A stretch of 64,000 nucleotides of DNA from an uncultured Candidatus Saccharibacteria bacterium (GTDB lineage Bacteria; Patescibacteriota; Minisyncoccia; Phycocordibacterales; DATGWK01). The DNA is taken from contig CAZBJL010000002.1 of NCBI GenBank assembly GCA_964492195.1, forward strand, positions 25,472-89,471, given 5' to 3'. Position 1 is the first letter of the stretch. Each line of letters starts with the position of its first letter. Made by a program: the position numbers and the translations under genes. Below the pieces are notes generated by a model that was not told the origin of the DNA, ran no database searches, and saw nothing but the letters and a program-made list of their open reading frames with translations. Shown here one piece after another: positions 45,454 to 55,302 of this stretch.

Positions 45454-46173
45454 ATGAAAATCCTGGTTCTCTATGAAGACGACAATTACATAATTTTCAA
45501 CAAACCGGCTGGATTGGTCGTGCATGCTGACGGACGAACAACTGAACCCACGCTTGTGGATTGGCTTATGGAAAATCGCCCAGAAATGAAAGATGTAGGC
45601 GAACCAATACTCCTTAAAACAGGGGAGACAATCGTGCGTCCTGGCATTGTTCACCGTCTCGACAAAGATACCTCTGGTGCAATCGTTGTTGCAAAAAATC
45701 CTGCTGCGTTTGCTGACCTCAAAAAGAAATTCCAAGACAGAGAAGTCGAAAAAAAATATCACGCATTTGTGTACGGAAATGTAAAAGAAGACGATGGAAT
45801 TATTGATCGACCAATCGGCCGGAGCAAAAGCGACTTCCGAATGTGGTCTGCCCAGCGTGGCGCCCGTGGCGAAATGAGGGAAGCGATCACTCATTACAAA
45901 GTGATTACTCGGAGCGAACAGGCAGCACTTGTAGAAATTGAATTAAAAACTGGCCGAACACATCAGATCCGTGTCCATTTTAAGGCAATTCATCATCCAG
46001 TCGTTGCAGATACTCTGTACGCACCAAACCAAGCTCCACTTTTTGGCTTTGAACGTCAGGCGCTCCATGCGTTTTCGATCTCTTTTACAGGAATTGATGG
46101 TAAAAAAATCTCGGCAGAGGCTCCGTACCCGACGGACTTTAAAAAGGCTGTAAAGCTCATTCAAAACGACTAA
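45454..46173 (+). CDS. RluA/RluD family pseudouridine synthase (no S4 domain)
   Basis: 'NKPAGLVVH', 'HRLDKDTSG', 'TGRTHQIRVH', 'RQALHA'. Confidence 0.95.
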   Translation: MKILVLYEDDNYIIFNKPAGLVVHADGRTTEPTLVDWLMENRPEMKDVGEPILLKTGETIVRPGIVHRLDKDTSGAIVVAKNPAAFADLKKKFQDREVEKKYHAFVYGNVKEDDGIIDRPIGRSKSDFRMWSAQRGARGEMREAITHYKVITRSEQAALVEIELKTGRTHQIRVHFKAIHHPVVADTLYAPNQAPLFGFERQALHAFSISFTGIDGKKISAEAPYPTDFKKAVKLIQND

Positions 46174-46215
46174 GATTTGCCCTCAAGTGGCTATCATGTT
46201 ACATTATTGACCTAT

Positions 46216-46638
46216 ATGAATCCGACGGAAATCAAATTTTCAACAGTCAATATGGCCGAGCGAAAGAAGCTCGGTATTCGTTCTGGAGACACCGTGAAGG
46301 TCTGGCAGAAAATCCAGGAGAAAGACAAGACTCGCGTTCAGGCTTTTGACGGCCTTGTTCTTGCGGTAAAGCACGGTCTTGAAGCTGGTTCTACTTTCAC
46401 TGTTCGTAAAGTTGCGAGCGGTGTTGGTGTTGAGAAAATTTTTCCTCTCTATTCTCCTATGATCGACAAGATCGAAATCGTAAAACGTTCAAAAGTTCGC
46501 CGTGCAAAGCTCTACCACGTTCGTGACAAAGCCGCTAAAGAAGTTCGCCGCCAAATGCGCCATACTCGCGCAGAAAAGGGTGGTGATGTTTCTGCTGAAG
46601 AAGCTCCTGTTGAGAAAACAGAAGTCGAAGCAAAATAA
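46216..46638 (+). CDS. rplS: 50S ribosomal protein L19
   Basis: 'GDTVKV', 'FTVRKVASGVGVEKIFP', 'KVRRAKLY'. Confidence 0.97.
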   Translation: MNPTEIKFSTVNMAERKKLGIRSGDTVKVWQKIQEKDKTRVQAFDGLVLAVKHGLEAGSTFTVRKVASGVGVEKIFPLYSPMIDKIEIVKRSKVRRAKLYHVRDKAAKEVRRQMRHTRAEKGGDVSAEEAPVEKTEVEAK

Positions 46639-46702
46639 GTAAATTAGGCGAGGTCTCTGCCTTGCTTGTGTAAGCTCTCGTTTTTACATATCATTTGTCT
46701 AC

Positions 46703-46785
46703 GCGCAGGTGGCGAAATTGGTAGACGCACTACCTTGAGGTGGTAACGCCCATCGGGCATGGAGGTTCAAGTCCTCTCCTGCGCA
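46703..46785 (+). tRNA. tRNA-Leu(GAG)
   Basis: GCGCAGG/CCTGCGC acceptor; TACC-TT GAG GT-GGTA; long variable arm. Confidence 0.93.
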
Positions 46786-46797
46786 CTGGTTTTTTAT

Positions 46798-46869
46798 GGT
46801 GGCTATAGTTTAGTGGTAAAACCCAAGTTTGTGGAACTTGAGTCGAGGGTTCGATTCCCTCTAGTCACC
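46798..46869 (+). tRNA. tRNA-His(GTG)
   Basis: G-1, GTGGCTA/TAGTCAC, C73; CAAGT-TT GTG GA-ACTTG. Confidence 0.93.
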
Positions 46870-46969
46870 CTAGTTGGGATTTTCTTAAAATAGCTTTATT
46901 TGGTAAGGGCTTTTTAGTTCTAGCCGCTTCATATACAAGATTGATTTATTATTGTACCCTTGTCTTATC

Positions 46970-47632
46970 ATGAAAAACTTACAAAGAGGATTTATTGTCC
47001 CACTTTTAATAGTTATTGCTGTTTTGGTGATTGGTGGAGGAATTTATTTTTATTCAAAAAATAAGGCCAAAGATATCACCATTGATACACAAAATTGGAA
47101 AATCTATACAAACACAAAGTATGGATTTAGTTTTAAATATCCTGAGACTTGGTTTATACGAGAGACGCCAGACAAAACAAATGTAGATTTCTCCAAATCC
47201 GAACTGACAGCAAACGACCCACAGGGAGCGACAAAGGTTTTTGCAAAATTTTACATAAGTACCCCTCTGTATTCAAATAAAGAAGGATCTGCGCCGACAT
47301 ACTTTACTGCACAGGGATACTTTAAATCGTATTATCCAGAACCTGATCCTTTTTCATTCAGTCCAGAGAATAAGATAGTAAGGGGATGGGACAACATATC
47401 AGGCATTCCAGTGTTTCATCATTGGGTTGCCAGCGATTCACATTTTCCATTTGATAACAGATATATGTTTTTTACGGATAATACTCTGTACGATTTTGTT
47501 TTGTATGCTGGAACTAGTCATCAACCTACTACGTATGAGCAGAGTGATGATGCGCTCATCAAGGAAATTATCGGTACTTTTTCCTTGAACGATAAGACAA
47601 AAGCATTTGTTAGGGCTGACCAATCAAACTAA
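46970..47632 (+). CDS. Prepilin-like-signal protein with PsbP-like domain
   Basis: 'MKNLQRG|FIVPLLIVIAV' class III-like signal; 'WKIYTNTKYGFSFKYPETW'; C-terminal 'IIGTFSL'. Confidence 0.75.
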   Translation: MKNLQRGFIVPLLIVIAVLVIGGGIYFYSKNKAKDITIDTQNWKIYTNTKYGFSFKYPETWFIRETPDKTNVDFSKSELTANDPQGATKVFAKFYISTPLYSNKEGSAPTYFTAQGYFKSYYPEPDPFSFSPENKIVRGWDNISGIPVFHHWVASDSHFPFDNRYMFFTDNTLYDFVLYAGTSHQPTTYEQSDDALIKEIIGTFSLNDKTKAFVRADQSN

Positions 47633-47686
47633 AACGTCTTAAGAGTTGGAATATAAATCGTCGCATCATTCCTCCTCTCAAACCCA

Positions 47687-47707
47687 GTTCTAACGTCCTC
47701 TAGTCAC
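47687..47707 (+). repeat. Degenerate tRNA-His 3'-end copy
   Basis: GTTCTAACGT-CCTCTAGTCAC; last 11 bp identical to tRNA-His 46858-46868. Confidence 0.65.
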
Positions 47708-47711
47708 ACCA

Positions 47712-48329
47712 ATGAAGAAAACACAAAAAATTTTTATTGTATTCTCGGTAGCCATTGTCCTTATTGGCGTGGTCGGGTGCTTTTCCTTTATCTCCTTTAT
47801 CGGAAAATCAAAAAACAATGATGTGGTAGCATCGTGGAAGTCGTACACATACGGTTCAAAAGAATCTGGAATTTTGCCTGATATAACCTTTAAACTCCCT
47901 TCTTCAACATTTGGGGGTGATCCATTTATCTCCTCTCGAAGCACAAATCGTCCTGAAAATATTTCCCAAGATTGGGGAGGATTTATTGGATTCGGCCCTG
48001 ATGGAGATATTAGCGACGATGTGTTACGTATAGAATTCTTTAAACGACAAAATTCTGAAAATACTTTTGAAAGTTATGTTTCGAAGTCGTCTTCGGGTGG
48101 TTGGGATTCAATAAAATATTTTGAAGTAGATGGTCGTAATGCTGCTCGTGTGAGGTTTTTATCTCCATCACATCGTGACGCTGATATAGGCTGGTATTTT
48201 ATAGAACTGTCTGATAAAAGCATCCTAGCAATCTCAACAGGTGGTGATAAAAAACTTTTATACGATGATGATCGAAATGGTAATTCCACAAGAGATAGAA
48301 TTATCTCCACGATTGTTATCAGTCACTGA
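47712..48329 (+). CDS. Membrane-anchored PsbP-like protein
   Basis: N-terminal TM; 'WKSY...ITFKLPS', 'VDGRNA', 'DRIISTI'. Confidence 0.65.
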   Translation: MKKTQKIFIVFSVAIVLIGVVGCFSFISFIGKSKNNDVVASWKSYTYGSKESGILPDITFKLPSSTFGGDPFISSRSTNRPENISQDWGGFIGFGPDGDISDDVLRIEFFKRQNSENTFESYVSKSSSGGWDSIKYFEVDGRNAARVRFLSPSHRDADIGWYFIELSDKSILAISTGGDKKLLYDDDRNGNSTRDRIISTIVISH

Positions 48330-48502
48330 TATGAAACAATTGAATCAAGGTTCTAAACCCATCTAACCACCGACCCATGTTAAAATAGTTTACTTGTGCC
48401 TACCAAAGAACGTTCCTGCGGGCGACCGTACGTAAATTATTTCGGTAGAGGATTCGAGAACTCTTATAACATTAATCTGTTATTCATCTAATAAATAAAA
48501 AT

Positions 48503-49120
48503 ATGCAAACAAAATCAGTTGTAATTGGTTTGGTGGCAGGGCTGGTTCTAGGTTTACTGGTTTATCCTACGGTTTTTCAAGGTAGAGGAATGATGAATGG
48601 CAGATTTTCGTCAAATGGCACGAACAACCAAATGATGGGCAATATCGATCGTCATTTTATTGAGCAAATGATTCCACACCATGAAGGGGCGATCGAAATG
48701 GCAAAACTTGCGTTAGAAAAATCAAAACGTCCAGAAATGATTTCTCTTGCGAAGGGAATTATCGAGGCTCAACAGCGTGAAATTACGGACATGAAGAAGT
48801 GGTATAAGGATTGGTTCGGTGCAGACGTGCCTGTGACAAGTCAGCACATGATGGGCGGTAACATAATGAGTGGCAGTAACTCGCACATGAGTAGCATGAG
48901 TGGAGACCTCGACAATCTCAAGGCCGCAAAAGATTTTGACCTAGAGTTTATCAACCAAATGATTCCACATCACGAAATGGCAGTAATGATGGCAACGATG
49001 CTTAAGGGTTCAACCGATCGACCTGAAATGAAAGAACTGGCTGATAATATTATTTCATCTCAAACCAGTGAAGTTGAGATGATGCGTTCTTGGGCGAAGG
49101 TCTGGAGTAAGCAGTTATAA
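48503..49120 (+). CDS. DUF305 (CopM-like) Met/His-rich protein
   Basis: Two 'FI.QMIPHH..A..MA...L.....Q..E..M..W' repeats. Confidence 0.92.
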   Translation: MQTKSVVIGLVAGLVLGLLVYPTVFQGRGMMNGRFSSNGTNNQMMGNIDRHFIEQMIPHHEGAIEMAKLALEKSKRPEMISLAKGIIEAQQREITDMKKWYKDWFGADVPVTSQHMMGGNIMSGSNSHMSSMSGDLDNLKAAKDFDLEFINQMIPHHEMAVMMATMLKGSTDRPEMKELADNIISSQTSEVEMMRSWAKVWSKQL

Positions 49121-49183
49121 TAGTTCGCAACTTATCCACCTAGGCGCAAGATTTTTGAAATTGCCATTGTTACAATTATTGGT

Positions 49184-49546
49184 ATGACAAACGATAAAAA
49201 AATAGAGTGGATTTTGAGGATTGGTGTTGCGGGGGAGTTCTTGGGTCATGGCGTTTTCGCTTTACAAGGTAAGGCAGATTGGATTACCTGGACAGAGAAA
49301 TTGACTGGCATGGGTCACTCTGCCGCCGCAACCTTTATCTTAGTCGTCGGGATTGTTGATGTTCTCCTAGCTTTGTTAGTTTTAGTAAAACCAATGCGTC
49401 CGCTGTTGCTTTGGATGGCATTTTGGGGTTTGTGGACCGCGCTCGTACGTCCACTTGTTGGTTTGCCTGTATGGGATTTTATTGAGAGACTTGCAAATTG
49501 TGCCGCTCCTCTTGCTCTATTTTACTTTTATAAATCTAAAAAATAA
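49184..49546 (+). CDS. DoxX-like membrane protein
   Basis: 'LRIGVAGEFLGHG', 'W.AFWG..TA..RP', 'ER.AN..APLAL'. Confidence 0.75.
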   Translation: MTNDKKIEWILRIGVAGEFLGHGVFALQGKADWITWTEKLTGMGHSAAATFILVVGIVDVLLALLVLVKPMRPLLLWMAFWGLWTALVRPLVGLPVWDFIERLANCAAPLALFYFYKSKK

Positions 49547-49657
49547 AAGCAGGAATGTAGATGGTTGCGTCGTTTTTCTGCTCAAATTTAGTCCTAACTA
49601 AGTGCTTCGCCTTATCCACGACGGCATCCCAAGGAGAGAATGTGATATTCTCAGAGC

Positions 49658-50746
49658 GTGCGTTCTCATTTTAAAAAAGTAAAAAATTGGATTGGTAGGC
49701 ATGAACGTAAACTTGCCTCGCTCGCTCTTTTTTTGGGCTTTATTCTTGACGCTTTAACATTGCGTCGCATTGATAACCTCTACGAGAACGCGGTCTTTGC
49801 CTTTTATTTTCTTATTGTTGGATTTTCTATTTTTGCCATAAATTATATTGAAGCTGGGAAATACGAGAGGGAATGGGTGGGTCGAACACATCCTTTCTTA
49901 CTCCTTCTTACGCAGTTTGCCTTCGGTGGTCTTTTCAGTGCTTTTTCAGTTTTTTATTTTCGCAGCGGGTCTCTGTTGTCGAGCTGGCCGTTCATCTTGA
50001 TTCTTTTCGCATTGCTTGTCGGAAACGACCACCTTCGTAAACAGTATGAACGTTTAATTTTTCAAATTTCGCTCCTGTTCGTCTCGGTGTTCTTTTTTGC
50101 AATCTTTGCGGTACCTGTGGTGTTAAATCGTATGGGCCCAATTATTTTTGTCATGAGTGGAGTCATTGCGCTCGCTTTCGTTATTGTCTTTGTGTATGTG
50201 CTCGGCCGTTTTGTGCCGGAGCGAGTTATGCAAAGCAAACGTTCGCTTATGTATTCTGTTAGTTTTATTTTTCTATTTATCAATGTACTTTATTTCACCA
50301 ATCTCATTCCACCGATCCCACTTTCTTTGAAAAATGTCGGTGTCTATCACTCTATTCAATACACCGGGAGTAAATATATTGTTGAAGAAGAGCAGACGGC
50401 TGGCCTTCTGGCTTTGCGGATTTTCAAAAACATACATATTAAAAAAGGTGAGCCCGTGTATGTATACAGCGCGGTTTTTGCACCGGACAACATCAGTACT
50501 ACCGTGGTTCACAATTGGCGATATTTTGATTCTAAAACAGATAGTTGGATTTCGGTGAGTCGGATTCCTTACACAGTCATCGGTGGTGTGGATCGAGGGT
50601 ATCGCGGGTACACCAAGAAGTCGAACCTTGCAGAAGGTCTGTGGAGGGTCAATATTGAAACTAGCCGTGGTCAGGTCCTCGGTCGAGTGACCTTTGAAGT
50701 GGTTTACGACACCTCGTCTCCTCAACTTGTGGAGAAGGTTATATAG
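49658..50746 (+). CDS. DUF2914-containing membrane protein
   Basis: Multi-TM N-terminus 'QFAFGGLFS...FY..S'; C-terminal 'SAVFAP...H.W...GG..GYRGYT.K...G.WRV'. Confidence 0.85.
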   Translation: MRSHFKKVKNWIGRHERKLASLALFLGFILDALTLRRIDNLYENAVFAFYFLIVGFSIFAINYIEAGKYEREWVGRTHPFLLLLTQFAFGGLFSAFSVFYFRSGSLLSSWPFILILFALLVGNDHLRKQYERLIFQISLLFVSVFFFAIFAVPVVLNRMGPIIFVMSGVIALAFVIVFVYVLGRFVPERVMQSKRSLMYSVSFIFLFINVLYFTNLIPPIPLSLKNVGVYHSIQYTGSKYIVEEEQTAGLLALRIFKNIHIKKGEPVYVYSAVFAPDNISTTVVHNWRYFDSKTDSWISVSRIPYTVIGGVDRGYRGYTKKSNLAEGLWRVNIETSRGQVLGRVTFEVVYDTSSPQLVEKVI

Positions 50747-50791
50747 ATTGATTCTCACATTCTTCACCTTGGACGCACGAGATGATTGATT

Positions 50792-51184
50792 TTATTCCGT
50801 TGTTTCTCCGTCAAAATGTTCTTTGTCGGCTTCTGCTTCAGCTTTTGTTTTGTGAATTACGCCGTCACGGTGATGGGGTGGCATGTAGAGAGTATAAAGT
50901 TTCATCGGGGCGGAATCTGAGTTACGTATGTTGTGTGTGGCGCCGGCAGGAACAAGGATAACGCTCCCGTCAGAAATATCATGAGAGTTGCCATCAAGAA
51001 TCGCTTTGCCGACACCCTTTTCAACACGCAAGAATTGATCCACGTCGTGGACTTCTTCACCAATTTCTTCTCCTGGAAGAAGTGACATCAAAACGAGCTG
51101 ACTATTTTTGTCCGTGTAAAGAACCTCTCTGAAATTGTTGTTTTCCAGAGAAAGCGTTTCGATGTTTGAGACGTAGCCTTTCAT
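50792..51184 (-). CDS. Cupin domain protein
   Basis: 'QLVLMSL.PGEEIGEEVH..DQF', 'PAG..HN', 'KLYTLY.PP.H'. Confidence 0.92.
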   Translation of the reverse strand: MKGYVSNIETLSLENNNFREVLYTDKNSQLVLMSLLPGEEIGEEVHDVDQFLRVEKGVGKAILDGNSHDISDGSVILVPAGATHNIRNSDSAPMKLYTLYMPPHHRDGVIHKTKAEAEADKEHFDGETTE

Positions 51185-51304
51185 GAAATCTATAATATCA
51201 CATTAGTTAATTAGCGACTTCATGATAAGGGGTGGAAGATAGTTTTTACCTTGCGCACAAAATATAGATAACCGATAATTAAATTACGTTTCACGTAGTT
51301 TTTT

Positions 51305-51916
51305 ATGCTTACTAAAAATAATTCTTTTCGATTAGTAAAAGGAGATTCTTTGAAAGAAAAGGAAAAAATTCCTACCGCGGTTATTTCTTCGTCGACTGAG
51401 AAAAAACATGTTCCAGATGAAAATAAAAGAATTTTTCTAAAAGCGCTTGGTGTTGCAGGAGTTGGAATTGCTGCATCTCAACTTTTACCAAGGAAAGCAG
51501 AAGCACTTGTGATGGGTAGTACGCCTTCGTCGAGTGTCGTTGGTCTCAAAAATGCAAGCAATACTCGGATCAATCCTGCGACCGAAGAAACCCTCGTCTC
51601 ACTATTGTCAGGTCAGAGTGTTGAAAAATTGTCCATCAACTTGTCTGCGTCGGGTAACGTGTTGGTGCCTGGGTCAGGTAATAAAATTAGAGTGTACGCT
51701 TCGAGATTTTCATTAACTGCAGACGCAACGTCAGTTTCATTTCGTTTTACTGCTGGTGGAACTGATCATGAAAAATATGTAACACCAAAAACCGGTGGAC
51801 TCTATGGTGCAAATAATCACCCCAACTATATTGAAGGGGGAGTGGACGAAGTTTTGTATTGTGTAATTTCTGGCACAACAACAGTGCAAATTAATGTTGA
51901 TTATTTAGAAGTTTAA
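51305..51916 (+). CDS. Tat-signal-bearing secreted protein (KR variant; possible TTG start at 51350)
   Basis: 'NKRIFLK' + Gly/Ala h-region + 'PRKAEA|' cleavage; beta-rich mature domain. Confidence 0.7.
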   Translation: MLTKNNSFRLVKGDSLKEKEKIPTAVISSSTEKKHVPDENKRIFLKALGVAGVGIAASQLLPRKAEALVMGSTPSSSVVGLKNASNTRINPATEETLVSLLSGQSVEKLSINLSASGNVLVPGSGNKIRVYASRFSLTADATSVSFRFTAGGTDHEKYVTPKTGGLYGANNHPNYIEGGVDEVLYCVISGTTTVQINVDYLEV

Positions 51917-51941
51917 TTTTTTTGTACCTTATACTATAGTC

Positions 51942-54608
51942 ATGGCAAAGCGCGCAATTGAACATATTTTTACAGGAGCAACGGTACCGTACGAAAATTA
52001 CGATGCTGATAAAACGATGTTGGGAGATTTGATCGAGCAGTACACCGGTGCTCTTGCGACAGACAATTTTGCTGGACCTGCAAAAATTGGCGTCGCTCGT
52101 CCTTTCGAAACAGGAACATCGATCCCGGGAATCTTTCCACATGTTATTTCGTGGGGAAACAAAGAGGGCTTTTATTCTACTGGCACAGTTTCAGTTGCGG
52201 CCACAGCGGTTACCGGATCGGGGACTGGTTGGCTTGCCAACGGAGTTCCGATTGGTGCCCGTATCGGCTTCGGTTCAACAGATCCCGCTAGCATAACTAC
52301 CTGGTATACGATAACGGCAGTAGCTTCAGCTACGGCTCTAACAATAGGTAGTTCTGCGGGGACGATCGCCGGAGGTACCGCTTTTGTTATAAATAAGGAA
52401 ATTAAAAAAGACTGGGTATTTTTGGCTGACGGTATCGCTGCATCTGCAATTCGTCGCATTACATGTTTTGAATACGACAGACTCACATCGCTTTTTTCGT
52501 GGAGAGGTTTCATCACTATCACATACGCTGCCGGTGGAGGTAACCAAACGATTCGTGGAATGCGAGCGGTGTATGAGACGTACACTACAGGAACAATAGG
52601 TGTTTCAGGTGCCACGGTTACTGGTTCCAGCACAACGTGGTCAGCAGATCGAATTGCTATTGGTTCACGTATTGGTTTCGGTAGCACGGATCCAACACAA
52701 ATATCTACGTGGTACTACATCAACGCTGTTGGTTCTGATACCTCTATTACTATTCAAACAAACATAACCGCGAGCGGTACTGGTGGAACCGCGGCAAATA
52801 TTTCAGTATCGTCGAGTACCGCCTATGTCATTGAGGATTTGAAAATTTTAACTGCCACTACCACTGCTACGAATATAAACGCAGGTGGTCTTACAATGGT
52901 GAACGGTCTTTCGTATGACGATTTTGCTGTTGGAGGTACTACCATTGCTGCGGCAACAACGGTGGATAAAACAAAAGCCGCATATTCTCTTGTTGATCTC
53001 GATTCGGTGTATTCAACGGGAACAATAAACACAGTTACCAATTCAACAACAGTTACCGGTTCTGGAACAACGTGGGTGTCAGCCTCTCACGTGGGTTGTA
53101 TGATCGGTTTTGGTTCAACAAGTCCCGCCTCGATTACAGAATGGTTCACTATTACTGCGTTTACGTCGGGTACCTCCATAACTATTTCCTCCGCCACCAC
53201 TGTCACCAACGGTTCAGCGTATGTGATCGTTGGTGGAAACGGTATATCCTGCGGTTTGGCGATGGATGATCGTGATAGTTGGACACAACAATATGCATAC
53301 ATCATTGAGCTTCAGGGAGGAACGACACCACAGGTGTATAAATATAATTTCCGAGTGAACCTCAGTACCCTCGGAAACGTAGAAGCGGGAAAAGCTGCAG
53401 CTGCGTGGGTGCTCACAACCGGTACCCAGACGCTTACTGGAACCGTGACACAAACAAATAATGGGCGAATTGGAACGCTCGCTCATGGTCCTGGTTCTGG
53501 TACGAAGTGTTTGTATTTCGCAGCAACAACAAGGATTCATCGTGCTCCACTCGCTAGTATCACCCAAGGAAGTATTACGTGGGTCGCGGATTCGATGACA
53601 GAAGTACCAACAGGAGGATCGGGAACGTATACCTTAACGAGCTTGATGACATCAGTAGAAATTGCCGATCAGATCGATCGACTTATTATTACTTCAACAG
53701 GAGCAGGCGCGACCGTTGCCCATCATCGTGCCTACATTACAAAATACGACGCCTCTGGTTCGTACCAATTTGACCATATGTTTTTGGCAGATACTGCACA
53801 ACAAGACCAATCTACTGCAGACTCGACCTCTACACCCCACCCGAGTTACCAGGGAGCCGCTTTGTCTGTGTGGTCACAGGCTGGTCTTGTATATATTGTT
53901 CGTACCGGACTTACAGCAACGACGAATATTATGTACGCTGTTCCGCTCGGTGCTGATTGGCAGTACGCGGATGGTACGGTAAATCAAAGACTCATCACAC
54001 CTTCACTTCCTACAACAAATGCAGAAAAACTATCCAGGGTGTTTGTAAATAATGCTGATTATCTTGGATCAGGTGGACTTACGTTGCCGACAGAACCTTT
54101 AAGAATTTATTATCGAACAGCGGATATTACTGATGATTCTGGTTCCTGGACACTCGTAGACACTACAGGAGATTTGTCTGCTGCGAACGTCACGACCGAG
54201 ATACAGTTTGCAATAGAATTTCGAATGATCGGAGCATTGTGTATTCCAAACCGTGTCTACAATCTTTGCTGCACGTACGAAGACAACACAACTGATAGTC
54301 ACTATCAGCCGTCTGTGGGCCAGTCATCTACAACTGGAAAGATTTTTGCATGGAGATTTTCAACTGCATTCGGTGGTACAGTACCGACATTGCGTATCAG
54401 GCTCTACAATGCTGAAACAGATGCGGAATTGCTCGATGACACAACAACGGCTTCTGCTGATGGAACGTGGGGAAAATCAACAAACGATGGGGCAGGGTGG
54501 GGTTTATACGACGCAACGGACAAGGGAAATGAAACGACGTACATTCGGTATACCCCAACGGTCCTTGCTGACAATATAAAAGTAAGAGCGCTTCTCACTC
54601 AAGCATAA
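51942..54608 (+). CDS. Large beta-rich protein with three phage-tail-fibre-like repeats, no signal peptide
   Basis: 3x 'Y(S/T)TGT...VTGS.T.W...G..IGFGST.P..I..W..I......(L/I)TI'. Confidence 0.7.
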   Translation: MAKRAIEHIFTGATVPYENYDADKTMLGDLIEQYTGALATDNFAGPAKIGVARPFETGTSIPGIFPHVISWGNKEGFYSTGTVSVAATAVTGSGTGWLANGVPIGARIGFGSTDPASITTWYTITAVASATALTIGSSAGTIAGGTAFVINKEIKKDWVFLADGIAASAIRRITCFEYDRLTSLFSWRGFITITYAAGGGNQTIRGMRAVYETYTTGTIGVSGATVTGSSTTWSADRIAIGSRIGFGSTDPTQISTWYYINAVGSDTSITIQTNITASGTGGTAANISVSSSTAYVIEDLKILTATTTATNINAGGLTMVNGLSYDDFAVGGTTIAAATTVDKTKAAYSLVDLDSVYSTGTINTVTNSTTVTGSGTTWVSASHVGCMIGFGSTSPASITEWFTITAFTSGTSITISSATTVTNGSAYVIVGGNGISCGLAMDDRDSWTQQYAYIIELQGGTTPQVYKYNFRVNLSTLGNVEAGKAAAAWVLTTGTQTLTGTVTQTNNGRIGTLAHGPGSGTKCLYFAATTRIHRAPLASITQGSITWVADSMTEVPTGGSGTYTLTSLMTSVEIADQIDRLIITSTGAGATVAHHRAYITKYDASGSYQFDHMFLADTAQQDQSTADSTSTPHPSYQGAALSVWSQAGLVYIVRTGLTATTNIMYAVPLGADWQYADGTVNQRLITPSLPTTNAEKLSRVFVNNADYLGSGGLTLPTEPLRIYYRTADITDDSGSWTLVDTTGDLSAANVTTEIQFAIEFRMIGALCIPNRVYNLCCTYEDNTTDSHYQPSVGQSSTTGKIFAWRFSTAFGGTVPTLRIRLYNAETDAELLDDTTTASADGTWGKSTNDGAGWGLYDATDKGNETTYIRYTPTVLADNIKVRALLTQA

Positions 54609-54611
54609 TTT

Positions 54612-55301
54612 ATGATCCACATAGAAAAAGGAGAATTCGTAGCAGAAAATCCGTCACTAAAAGTAGTGACTAATACTGGTGACTACGAAGATACAGCTCT
54701 CATTGAATTTAAGGATGTGAACTCCGAAGACGAACTTGTGGCAGGTGCGTACCAGGCGCAGTTTGTGAAATACGGAAGCCTGGTCTACAAGTTCAATGAT
54801 CCAAAAAGTTTAGGAACGGAAATTTTAAGAATTGATCCAGAGTCGACTCACACAGCGGCGTCTTTTGTGAGAATGAGTAATGAACTTTTGGATCAGATGA
54901 ACGGGGGAACTCTGGAGTCGGATTCTTTGGATAAAATGATTCCACAAGAACCGGTAAAACCAAAAGAACCCGTTGTCGAACCAGAGGTGGTTGAAGAAGA
55001 AGATGATGAAGATGAGGAGACAGAACCAACGGACACTGAAACGCGTACCACTCCGCCCGTTGTGATAATTCCAGATACGATTCCTGCAACGACGACCGTT
55101 CCAATCATCGATACTTCTACTACAACACCTGCTCTTCCTGATATTTATACACCAACGTCAACTTCCACAATAAAGTCAGACGCAGTCGAGGAATTACTAA
55201 GAGAAGAAGGATCGGATACTCCATCGGTAGCAAATGAGATTGTTGCGTATGCAAAAAAGAAAGTTAAGAAAAACATTAGGAAAAAGTTAGGCCTTAATTA
55301 A
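54612..55301 (+). CDS. Hypothetical protein with acidic and P/T-rich linker and basic C-terminal helix
   Basis: Operon-coupled 229-aa ORF; EEEDDEDEE tract; ends KKKVKKNIRKKLGLN. Confidence 0.65.
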   Translation: MIHIEKGEFVAENPSLKVVTNTGDYEDTALIEFKDVNSEDELVAGAYQAQFVKYGSLVYKFNDPKSLGTEILRIDPESTHTAASFVRMSNELLDQMNGGTLESDSLDKMIPQEPVKPKEPVVEPEVVEEEDDEDEETEPTDTETRTTPPVVIIPDTIPATTTVPIIDTSTTTPALPDIYTPTSTSTIKSDAVEELLREEGSDTPSVANEIVAYAKKKVKKNIRKKLGLN

Positions 55302-55302
55302 T

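Noticed and set aside
48398-48475. Possible structured RNA or third tRNA-His echo upstream of DUF305 (CTACCAAAG...TTTCGGTAG; GAGGATTCGAG)
   Set aside because: Pairing and tRNA similarity too weak to support by eye
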